Below, in pieces: positions 41,731 through 50,422 of a DNA stretch of 64,000 bases (its first letter is position 1; every line of letters begins with the position of its first letter). The position numbers were made by a program, and so were the translations under genes. The stretch is from a bacterium. GTDB lineage: Bacteria > Zhuqueibacterota > Zhuqueibacteria > Residuimicrobiales > Krinioviventaceae. Where the stretch lies: the NCBI GenBank assembly GCA_963674595.2, contig CAXXFV010000013.1, positions 21,261 to 85,260 on the forward strand, given 5' to 3'. The notes beneath the pieces are model-generated. The model saw only the letters and a program-made list of their open reading frames with translations, did not search any database and was not told the origin of the DNA.

Positions 41731-41852
41731 AATCTCTTCCTCGTGTAAGTATTTGAATTTCGTATTTATATAAAGGTAGTAAATCAGCCGATAACTTGAA
41801 TAGTTCCCGTGCGCGACCAAATCGTCCTAAAAAGTCGTTCGTTATGACTGAC
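41731..41852 (-). ncRNA. Candidate structured leader RNA (motif G), copy 4
   Basis: GTCAGTC.ATAAC..TAGGACGATTTGGTCGCGCACGGG..CTA..GTTAT.GGCTGATTTAC...GAGGAAGAGATT after TTGCCT-N17-TATTAT (41887-41859). Confidence 0.6.
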
Positions 41853-42355
41853 AAGATAATAATACAAATTAAATAAAAACAAGGCAAGTGGTTTTTAAAA
41901 AAAGTTGAAAATAGTGCGGGGATTTAAAATTTTAAATCCTTACATGGATTACTTTACAGAACACTGACTTGATAGAGACGTACGGCCGTGCGTCTACAAC
42001 TATGCTGCGGAACCAATGAATTCGGGATTATATCCCCAATCCAAAAGTGATTCCCTTCGAGTCTGCCCAGGGTGACACGACTCGCCTTCATCTCTCATAA
42101 AGCTCACCAAGAAGCAGAACTGTGATCATCCAGGGGTTCCTGGCCCTTGTATATAAAACATACCTTATTTATAGTCGATGCTCGCCCCGCAACTCTTTTC
42201 CGGGGCGTTAAATAAACCAGGGCATCTGCCCGGCCCCGTTCTCAAATAACGGGCCCATATAAATCATTACACCTCGGTTTATCGGGGTAAATACCCCGCC
42301 TGATGTGCGCCTTGAGAAATTTCCAAGGCGTCCAAGTAAACAAAACAAAGCGTCA

Positions 42356-44095
42356 TTATTCCGCTATTTCCAACTTGTAATAAGATTCGTTAACATATGG
42401 ATTTGGATCATAGCCCGGGTCCTGGCTTACCTTATAATCTCCCGAACCGTTTGTCCAGACACTTTGAATGGTGTTATCAAATTCCAGTAAATCATTTTTA
42501 TAGGTATCAGCATACGCATTTACACTAAAATTGTATTCGTGATAATTTTGAAACACTTGATCCTGTATGTTACTGCGATACCAATAACCATCGTTGACAA
42601 TATCTGCGGTTTCGGCCAGTGTTCTTTGAAATTGACTCTGGGATGAAGCAATGGACACCTGCCTTTGCGAATTAGCCGCCATAATAGCCTGTTGGTTATA
42701 CCATGCAGCAAATCGAGCATAGGCCTCTTTCCACGCGTTATTCCATTTAAAAGAATTGATCATCATTTGCAAAAGTGGTTGATACTCATCTTCAAAATGT
42801 TCCGGTACCTGTATCAACATAAAAGTCGCTGACCACATTTGAGTTTGAACCGCAAAATTCTGATGTATCATACCTTCGGTAAGCAGGCCAATATCGGTGA
42901 AATAAGATTTTCCATTTAAACTATTACGAATGCGAAACGTATTAGCAAAAACAAAAGCATTTGGTGCATTGTTATAATTCTGTGCTTTAATTTGATCCTG
43001 AACTTTTGTGTTCACTTTTTCTTCAAGCAATTCATATTCATCAATATAAGTCAAAAAATCAGGTAGTATAATTTGTGTTAAATAACTCTGTAACGGCATC
43101 CATTCCATTATTTTATAGCCACGGGCGGAACCATAAACAAGGTTGTGCATATTATCGTTGGACGAAAAGTAAAATTGCCTTGGAAAAATACAAAACTGCA
43201 GCTCCTCATCAGGGCTTTCGATGGCAATAGCGGGAAATGCCACAGGTGGTGTTTTGTTCCAATCCCATATAATATCTTCATACAATCCCCAGCCTTCCGG
43301 TATTAAACAGCGGGCCACTTCCATATTAAATTGCGGATCATATATTACATGCCTTTTCAATGAAAGCTTTTGCAGTTGGGCCGGCCCCTGCTGATTTTCG
43401 ATCCTATTCCGGTTTTCGTCATACCCCGTCATTTGTGTTGTCTGGGGATATTCATCATCATCATCGCCGGACTGTTGCGCCACATGGTTATTATCACGTG
43501 TTCGGGGATCTTGCCATCCCTGCATTTTAAAACTGTTCACAATACTCATCAGTCGAAACTTTTCAAGCATAAACTCATCTTTAGTGAATGCAATTCCGAA
43601 AAACAAACCGAATTCATTGTCTTTATGATATTCGAGCTGTAATTGTAACAACTGTTTTTGGTGTTCGAATTCCAATGACAGAGATACCATTTCCACACCT
43701 TTATCATTCTTGTCAGCGATAAAAGATCTATCATCCTTAGCTTGGCCAAGATCAAAAAACGGGTGTTTTCCATCAAGAAAATCGTTGATCAACTCAATAC
43801 CCGTTACACCGTCTTCAACAAAACGCGGTTGAATAATCGCAAAAACATCTTTGGATTCGGACTGGACGCATATATATTCTGAATCCACAAGGTCAACCGT
43901 CCAGTCTTTGGGGATTTCCACTGAATATCCCAGGTCCTGGTCGGTATGAGTAACCCATTGAAAGTTTTTATATTCTGCATATCCCTTTTCAGGCTCCTTG
44001 AGCATATCGGATAGATCTATGACTTGCGAGTGAGCATCAGGCATTACAGAAATCAAACCGATAAAAATTAATATTGAAAGTAAATTATATTTCAT
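42356..44095 (-). CDS. Hypothetical secreted protein, 579 aa
   Basis: Signal peptide, AGGAG RBS, two domains each starting with a (I/L)P.(D/G)W motif separated by an acidic linker. Confidence 0.75.
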   Translation of the reverse strand: MKYNLLSILIFIGLISVMPDAHSQVIDLSDMLKEPEKGYAEYKNFQWVTHTDQDLGYSVEIPKDWTVDLVDSEYICVQSESKDVFAIIQPRFVEDGVTGIELINDFLDGKHPFFDLGQAKDDRSFIADKNDKGVEMVSLSLEFEHQKQLLQLQLEYHKDNEFGLFFGIAFTKDEFMLEKFRLMSIVNSFKMQGWQDPRTRDNNHVAQQSGDDDDEYPQTTQMTGYDENRNRIENQQGPAQLQKLSLKRHVIYDPQFNMEVARCLIPEGWGLYEDIIWDWNKTPPVAFPAIAIESPDEELQFCIFPRQFYFSSNDNMHNLVYGSARGYKIMEWMPLQSYLTQIILPDFLTYIDEYELLEEKVNTKVQDQIKAQNYNNAPNAFVFANTFRIRNSLNGKSYFTDIGLLTEGMIHQNFAVQTQMWSATFMLIQVPEHFEDEYQPLLQMMINSFKWNNAWKEAYARFAAWYNQQAIMAANSQRQVSIASSQSQFQRTLAETADIVNDGYWYRSNIQDQVFQNYHEYNFSVNAYADTYKNDLLEFDNTIQSVWTNGSGDYKVSQDPGYDPNPYVNESYYKLEIAE

Positions 44096-44254
44096 AATTC
44101 CTCCTATATTAATTGTAAAAAAATAGCAATTGGTATTTAAAAATCAATTTACTCGTTCTTTTTTTCACTCCAGGAATTTCATCTCCAAAGCATTAAATAT
44201 AAAGCTGTAAAGTCAATTCATGAATTGGCCTACGACCCACCCTTAGACACTGCT

Positions 44255-44306
44255 CCCGCTTCGACCCGGTCCTTGAGCGGAGCCGAAAGGCCGCTCAGGG
44301 TAACAC
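44255..44306 (+). repeat. Repeat module I: CCCGCTTCGACTCGGTCCTTGAGCGGAGCCGAAAGGCCGCTCAGGGTGACAC
   Basis: GAGCGG-AGCC-GAAA-GGCCGCTC hairpin; copies at about 14200, 18420, 28711, 33791, 44255, 48927, 53077, 54410, 58138, 60209, 62670, 63860. Confidence 0.88.
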
Positions 44307-44661
44307 TCCCGCTCGCAGGGGATTTGCAATCCCCTGTGGAACCAATGAAATTGGGATTATATCCCCAATCCAAAAGTGATTCCCTTCGAGTCTGCTCAGG
44401 GTGAAACGGCTCGTCTTAACCTCTCACAATGTTCACAAAGCTCACAAAGAAGCAGAAATGTGATCGTCCAGGGGTTCATAGCCTTTCTCTATAAATCATT
44501 CCTTATTTATATCCGATGCTCGCCCCGGAACTCTTTTCCGGGGCGTTAAATAAACCAGGGCATCTTGCCCGGATCAATTCTCAAATAACGGGCCCATATA
44601 AATCATTACACCTCGGTTTATCGGGGTAAATACCCCGCCTGATGTGCGCCCTGGGAAAACG

Positions 44662-44744
44662 GTAGGTTGGGTTCATCTTTTTGAACCCAACATTTTCATC
44701 AGGGTTTTGTTAATTGGCGGGTCCGTGATCCGGACCCGCGCTAC
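44662..44744 (+). repeat. REPIN-like doublet L+K (GTAGGTTGGGTTC..GAACCCAAC...GGCGGGTCCGTGATCCGGACCCGCGCTAC)
   Basis: Degenerate copies at about 37588-37621, 61122-61200 and 61876-61908; overlaps the stop of 44710..45777. Confidence 0.75.
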
Positions 44745-45777
44745 TACTTCTAATGAATCTCATATTTTCAAGATATTTGATAACTTCAAGTGATATTCTG
44801 CACTTAAGATTAGAGCAATCATTTATCCAAAAAACATCCTGTTCTGAAGTTTTCTTTAAATAAAGTATACCACTCAGATTCTTAAAATATGAATTGAAAT
44901 CTTCAATATCTTTAAATCCTTTTGTAATAAAAAAGTCTTTGTTATTACGAATGATGTTTGTGAAAATACAATGAATTGTTTTACTTAGATCGAAATCTTC
45001 ATGAGTCTCGCTTGCAGAAGTAATTATAAGTAAATTTGTTTTATTGGGAATTAATTGTCTTATTTTATCAAAAATATCATCTGTAAATTTATAATATTCT
45101 TTTTGTGAGTAAAATACAGGCCTTGAAGTCAAACCATAATAGCATATAAAGCTATTGTTTGCTTTTCTAGTAGGACTTGTAACTTCCATAAAAAAGTTAT
45201 TATCAAATCCAGGAACTACAAATTCTTTAATGTCATCAGAAGATAGCTTTTGATCAAAGTTATCAACTTTTTTTTTTATAAATTTAACAATATTTGGTAT
45301 TTCATTGTGAAGTTTTGTAAAAATAGAATCATTTTTTACAGTGCAATCTATCCAGAATGAAAATGCAAGAGAAGACTTTAGATGAGATATTTGATTTTTT
45401 ATTTTTTCGTCAAACTCTTTTACCAAATCATCGTGCTGTGCACCAATAATTCTCTTCACCTCGATAATAAATTCAGTTTCATTTTTATATTGAACTAGAA
45501 AGTCAGGTTTTTTATTATATTTTTTAAATTCTTTTTCATACGTTACTGTGAAAAGTTCGTTCCTGAGTAACAAGTATGCTACTTCCATTTCGAATATCAA
45601 ATCTGACATTTCGTTTTTTTTATTGTTACAGTTTTTAATTTTTTTTCTGATTTTATCTTTATTGTACAATACAAAATTATAAAATCTATTTGATGAGATT
45701 AACCAATTTTCTACAATAGAAGTGAAATCCTTATCTCCGTTTCTGAATATGTATTTTATCAGACTGTTTTTATCCAT
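44710..45777 (-). CDS. Putative PD-(D/E)XK nuclease-fold protein
   Basis: FEMEVAYLL...YEKE...KPDFLV...IIEVKRI; very AT-rich. Confidence 0.6.
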   Translation of the reverse strand: MDKNSLIKYIFRNGDKDFTSIVENWLISSNRFYNFVLYNKDKIRKKIKNCNNKKNEMSDLIFEMEVAYLLLRNELFTVTYEKEFKKYNKKPDFLVQYKNETEFIIEVKRIIGAQHDDLVKEFDEKIKNQISHLKSSLAFSFWIDCTVKNDSIFTKLHNEIPNIVKFIKKKVDNFDQKLSSDDIKEFVVPGFDNNFFMEVTSPTRKANNSFICYYGLTSRPVFYSQKEYYKFTDDIFDKIRQLIPNKTNLLIITSASETHEDFDLSKTIHCIFTNIIRNNKDFFITKGFKDIEDFNSYFKNLSGILYLKKTSEQDVFWINDCSNLKCRISLEVIKYLENMRFIRSSSAGPDHGPAN

Positions 45778-45848
45778 TATATTTCCTGTTTAGGAACCTC
45801 TGTGCGATCATAACCTGCAATGGTGCGGTAGAACCGCAACCTACAGAC

Positions 45849-45955
45849 TGATCCGTTCTCAAATAACGGGCCCATATTAATCATTAAACCTTAAACTTAT
45901 CGGGATAGATACCTCGCTTGATTTACGCCTTGGGAAACATTCCCAAGGCGAGCAG
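45849..45955 (+). repeat. Repeat module D: (TAAAACAGGGCATCTTGCCCTG)ATCCGTTCTCAAATAACGGGCCCAT...TATCGGGGTAAATACCCCGCC...CGCCTTGGGAAACATTCCCA(A/T)GGCG
   Basis: Copies at about 18162, 21232, 26896, 42208, 44545, 45849, 54566, 57092, 58264, 59240, 62878; fragments at about 6590, 14019, 26671, 39095, 49083, 50369, 60356, 61855. Confidence 0.92.
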
Positions 45956-45963
45956 AAACAAAT

Positions 45964-46560
45964 TTAAGTATAATTAATCTTCTCTAATTCTAAGATTAAA
46001 CCAATGTTTTTAAATGAAATGTTTGCAATCTTAGAAAAATCAAAAAAGGCCTCACCAGTCGAATTTCCTCCACTAGTAATTATAACTTCTTCTCTTAATG
46101 GCTCTGTCCTTTTACAATTATAACCAGTTAAATTCCAAACTTGTTCTTTTGTAATTACTTGAAAATTATTACTATTATTTTCAAAGGGAAAGGCAATTTC
46201 AATTATTGGAATATTAGCAAGATGGTAATTATCCAGCATTAGTTCAATTTTATTAAGAGAAAAGATTGAATCAGTATTATTTTCAATTTTAAAACTAGTT
46301 AATACACATTCATACTCTTTGCTTATTTTGTAATAAAACACAGAAAAATTAAAATTAATTTCATCAATTTCTAGTGTAAGTCCATTATTTTCTAACACAT
46401 AGAAAGCTTTATATAAAATATCTTTTATACACAACTCTCTATCAAAAGATCTATATTCCTTAAATAAATTGATTTTATTTTGAATATGCCCACAGTGTGG
46501 ACAGTAATTAAAAACATTCATTGCTTTTTCATTACAATTTCTACAAATTATATAATCCAT
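45964..46560 (-). CDS. Hypothetical protein with N-terminal zinc ribbon
   Basis: CRNC-X9-CPHC; AAGGAG RBS before ATG 46560 (track 46620). Confidence 0.7.
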   Translation of the reverse strand: MDYIICRNCNEKAMNVFNYCPHCGHIQNKINLFKEYRSFDRELCIKDILYKAFYVLENNGLTLEIDEINFNFSVFYYKISKEYECVLTSFKIENNTDSIFSLNKIELMLDNYHLANIPIIEIAFPFENNSNNFQVITKEQVWNLTGYNCKRTEPLREEVIITSGGNSTGEAFFDFSKIANISFKNIGLILELEKINYT

Positions 46561-46642
46561 TTTTACTCCTTGTAAAATAAATACAAAAAATATTTCAGAA
46601 TGTAATATATATGTCTTCATAACCTTTTAGAAAGATTTATAA

Positions 46643-46773
46643 GTTGTAGGCCGGATTTTCTTGTTGAACCCGGCAATAGAAATAACCGGAAGGAAAATAT
46701 TTATACAAGTATTACAAAATTAATAAAAATAAGTATCAAATAAATGATGGGCCAAAATGGCCCATCCTACACC
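46643..46773 (-). repeat. REPIN-like doublet, inverted copy of 37353-37478
   Basis: Reverse complement aligns across both hairpins and the AT-rich core. Confidence 0.85.
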
Positions 46774-46793
46774 ATTTCAAATTGAAAATTAAT

Positions 46794-47543
46794 TTATTTT
46801 CCAATTAATGCTTGCAAATTTATGGAGAAACCTGCTTCTACAAGTTCTTGTGCAAGTTTTGTTTTCCATGCACCTGATTTATCAATTTCAGTATATACAA
46901 CGCCCTGATAGTCTGATGGTATTTCAACTCCTGCCTTATATAATGCGCACACTCTTTGTCTTCCTAATTTCCCTAAGAAATAACCTAATTCCATTATAAC
47001 GTTTTGGCGAGCTCGATCATTTATTGAATTTGAATTATCTTTTGAACCACCAACATCGTCAGGTGTTAAAAGCACAACTGCAAATCCTACATCTGAGAAG
47101 ACTTCAAATTTTTCAATTATTGTTTTTCCACTATTGGCTTGTTCATGGAGAATAATAGGCGCTAATTTTAATTTCTCTATAAATCTAGCCACGGACTCTT
47201 TTGTTTCTGCATCATGCCCATGAACAATAAACACTTTATTCGTTTTTGTAAGTGCTGCTTGATTACTCGACGAATCTTGAGTATCCATTGTTTTGCTTCT
47301 TATAATATTAGACTCTGCTTTCAATACAAGTCCTTCAAGGTAACCTATTTGACTTGGAAGGGAACTTTCCCATGATGAGAATCTATCAGGGCCCAATGAT
47401 AAAAACTTTTCTGCCACTTCAGAACTGATTGCAATTTTTAAAAACATATTTACACGTGAGAGCCAATTCTGATATTGACTGCTAACTTGACAAGACCAGC
47501 CAGACTCTATTATGTCATTAATCTTTCCTACAAGTTTCTCCAT
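46794..47543 (-). CDS. TIR-like nucleotide-binding protein (CAP12/PF10137-type TIR)
   Basis: KVFIVHGHD...IILHEQANSGKTIIEKFE...FAVVLLTPDD...RARQNVIMELGYF...IPSDYQGVVY; start at 47543 by RBS (track 47615). Confidence 0.88.
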   Translation of the reverse strand: MEKLVGKINDIIESGWSCQVSSQYQNWLSRVNMFLKIAISSEVAEKFLSLGPDRFSSWESSLPSQIGYLEGLVLKAESNIIRSKTMDTQDSSSNQAALTKTNKVFIVHGHDAETKESVARFIEKLKLAPIILHEQANSGKTIIEKFEVFSDVGFAVVLLTPDDVGGSKDNSNSINDRARQNVIMELGYFLGKLGRQRVCALYKAGVEIPSDYQGVVYTEIDKSGAWKTKLAQELVEAGFSINLQALIGK

Positions 47544-47702
47544 AAAATTCCTTTCAACCTGCCATGTATTACTTTTCCAGTGCGTTAGATAAATATGGGG
47601 CTTTGTTTTGTTCAATTCTGATGGTATTTTATACCTACAAATGCTAAGCCTTTACTTTATTTACTCCCAGCAGATTTCAACCTCCTGGCGTGTTGCTCTT
47701 AG

Positions 47703-48560
47703 TTATAAAACCATTTCTTTGTATTCAGATGAGTCTCTATGTTTTTCTTCACTAAAAATCAAGTGTAGGCTATAGTACTTATAAACTTCTACGGCTAGTT
47801 TATCTGCTTGTGAACTTCCTAATAATCCTTTGTAAAAAATCTTCACTCTATTATTTTCAATAGGTCCTAATTCAAAATAGCCATCAATCCTATCGCCAAT
47901 AAAATTATATAGTTGTTGTAGCATATCCGACGAATTCCACTTTAAAGAACTTTTCGATATAGTCTTTTTGTCTATTTCACCAATTTTGTCTTTGAGTGAA
48001 TCGATTTGGAGGCTAAGGTAGTCTAATTTAGCATCAGTTCCTGTCTCTCCCTCATAGGGTCGAGCTGATGATCTTAACCCGAAGTAACGCCAAAGTGTAT
48101 TTACACCTTTGCTCCTCACTTCTGTTACGCGGATGTGTTCAGCTAGCTTTTTGATTTCATTTTCCAGTTCCCACGGTTCGATGGAACTCTTGTATTCTTG
48201 ATAATTAAGAATTCCAGTATCGAAAGGTATCTTTTGCGTGTGCTCATCTTTAACAACACAGACAGATTTGTTCAAAGAAGTCCTTATTCCAAATTCAAAG
48301 AATACATTTGGATTTAGGCAAGACATGTCACAAAGGACAAGATCAGCCATTTCCAGGTTGCGAATAATTTCTGCGTGAATAAGATCTGAACCCTTTGCAA
48401 TAGGTGTTATTGGCTCATATCCCGCAGCTAAAACAGATGGCGTAAAAAGGCATTGCAAAACATGCATAAAGTGATCTGAACCATCCCTATACTTTTCAAG
48501 CTGTGTATCAGGTGTAGTTATAGGCATAATAATAAAGCAAGTTTTATCGTTCTTGGGCAT
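47703..48560 (-). CDS. Nucleoside 2-deoxyribosyltransferase-like (NDT/TIR-like fold) protein
   Basis: KTCFIIMPI...ADLVLCDMSCLNPNVFFEFGIR...IPFD motif. Confidence 0.75.
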   Translation of the reverse strand: MPKNDKTCFIIMPITTPDTQLEKYRDGSDHFMHVLQCLFTPSVLAAGYEPITPIAKGSDLIHAEIIRNLEMADLVLCDMSCLNPNVFFEFGIRTSLNKSVCVVKDEHTQKIPFDTGILNYQEYKSSIEPWELENEIKKLAEHIRVTEVRSKGVNTLWRYFGLRSSARPYEGETGTDAKLDYLSLQIDSLKDKIGEIDKKTISKSSLKWNSSDMLQQLYNFIGDRIDGYFELGPIENNRVKIFYKGLLGSSQADKLAVEVYKYYSLHLIFSEEKHRDSSEYKEMVL

Positions 48561-48694
48561 CCTGGAATCTCCATCCTTATTTTGCTGAGTAACAATATAT
48601 TATTGTACAACTCTATCAACTAAACATACTACACTTCACCACACCCAAAATATCTAACCGTAAACCAACAGGAATATGACTCTCTAACCGACTC

Positions 48695-48819
48695 AATCTC
48701 TTCCTCGTAAGTACTAAAACTTCCCATATATAAATTTAAAATGAGGTAAATCAGTTTAAGGTTTTCAGGCTCTCCCATGCGCGACCAAATCGTCCTGAAA
48801 AATCGTCCTTTTGTCTGAT
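48695..48819 (-). ncRNA. Candidate structured leader RNA (motif G), copy 5
   Basis: ATCAG..AAGG..TTCAGG.ACGATTTGGTCGCGCATGGG..CCTGAA..CCTT..CTGATTTACC...GAGGAAGAGATT after TTGCAC-N17-TAACAT (48854-48826). Confidence 0.6.
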
Positions 48820-49134
48820 AAAAGAATGTTACAAATTTTGTGTTATTAGTGCAAGCGGTTTTTAAATATGTTTAAAATAAGTGTAGGGGTAGAATATCCT
48901 TTAGGGTAAATAACCTGCCTTCTGCTCCCGCTTCAAGTCCGGTCCTTGAGCGGAGATGAAAGGCCGCTCAGCGTGACACATGCTCACCTTACCCTCTCAC
49001 AATGTTCACAAAGCTCACAAAGGTTGATTAAAATTGTTATTTCTCTGTGTGCCTTGTGTGCTTTGTGTGCTTTGTGAGGGTTTGAATAAAACAGGGCAGG
49101 ATATTCATCGTATCGTACGGTTAATTTAAAAAAA

Positions 49135-49401
49135 TCAAGTGTCTTTCATTGGATTTTCATGAGGATAACAGCAAAGAACATTATCCATGTATTCAATTCC
49201 ACAAAAATATTTACAGATTGATATATTTTTTACAGCACATTTATGAGTATCTGTTTTTTCATATTTATTCCACGGACAAACATCTTGCTCCCAGGATATA
49301 TCAGCTTTATTGGAACAAATATCTATGTCCATATTTGCACCATCAAGTTTTTTTATTTCAATACCTTTTTTTTCATTTAATAATTTTAAATACCTTTCCA
49401 T
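49135..49401 (-). CDS. Small Cys-rich hypothetical protein
   Basis: CPWN...CAVKNISICKYFCG...LCCYP; same strand as its neighbours. Confidence 0.6.
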   Translation of the reverse strand: MERYLKLLNEKKGIEIKKLDGANMDIDICSNKADISWEQDVCPWNKYEKTDTHKCAVKNISICKYFCGIEYMDNVLCCYPHENPMKDT

Positions 49402-49540
49402 GTTAAATATACATTATGTTTGGTGATTCTCTTAGTTGCAGGTGCAGTTTTGCGGCACCGTTTAGATAATTTTTTATTAATCCTCATACAATGCTACAGC
49501 AGAACCTCATCCTACTGACTAGAAAATAGAATTCTCACGA

Positions 49541-50227
49541 TTAATTAAAATCCAACAATGGAATATAAACCGGGGGCCACCATTTTGATTTAAAAACCCG
49601 AGAACGAATTGTTGGATTAAGTGAATCTGGTTTTTGAGCATATTGACGGAATTGATATACGTCGTTCTCTTGACCAGTTAAACCTTTTAAAAGAATAAAT
49701 GTAGAGTCATTTTTAATAATACCAATTGTTTTCTTTAACTCGTAAGGCACAATAGGAAGAATATTACCAGAGGAAGCTAATTTGTAATGATACAAAATTA
49801 GAGTATCACCGACTATATGATAAACGCCCCAATCCTGAACATCCTTTTTATATTTTTTTGAATGTTTTTTCAATACTTTATAAAATGTTTCATGAGCACA
49901 TTCAAATGTATTATATTCTTGGATATCATTTGAACTATGCTTTTGTTTAAATGAATCCCAACCAAGTCCAGATATACTGCCTGTCATTACATAAGCTGTA
50001 CCATTTTTATATAGGATAATTGGTTTGATGGATTTTTTATTTTCACAAGTACTTGAATTATAGGTGTATTCATAGTAATAGTACCCATTACATTTTAGTC
50101 TATTTATTATCTTTTCATTATCGTTTTTATAATCAACGAATTTATTCTTTTTATAAACAATACTACACGAATTTAAAAATAATAGAATAATACATAAAAC
50201 ATATATGTATAGCTTCCTATTATTCAT
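49541..50227 (-). CDS. Hypothetical lipoprotein
   Basis: FLNSC lipobox, GGAGG RBS. Confidence 0.72.
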   Translation of the reverse strand: MNNRKLYIYVLCIILLFLNSCSIVYKKNKFVDYKNDNEKIINRLKCNGYYYYEYTYNSSTCENKKSIKPIILYKNGTAYVMTGSISGLGWDSFKQKHSSNDIQEYNTFECAHETFYKVLKKHSKKYKKDVQDWGVYHIVGDTLILYHYKLASSGNILPIVPYELKKTIGIIKNDSTFILLKGLTGQENDVYQFRQYAQKPDSLNPTIRSRVFKSKWWPPVYIPLLDFN

Positions 50228-50422
50228 TGCACCTCCTAATAATATAATGAATTTGCATTACCACGACTTCCTCCGCTCACAGGAGATTTCATCCCCAATG
50301 TAAATAAAATTCCCCCGCAAACAGCACTCAAGGTGGAAATGGTACAGCAGCACCGCACCCTGCTGAACGGGAAACATTCCCATGGCGGGCAGAAAAATTT
50401 AGTACTAAATAATTTTTATCGT

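Noticed and set aside
49149-49406. Plus-strand ORF opposite the Cys-rich gene
   Set aside because: The minus-strand ORF has a patterned Cys motif and matches the orientation of all neighbours.
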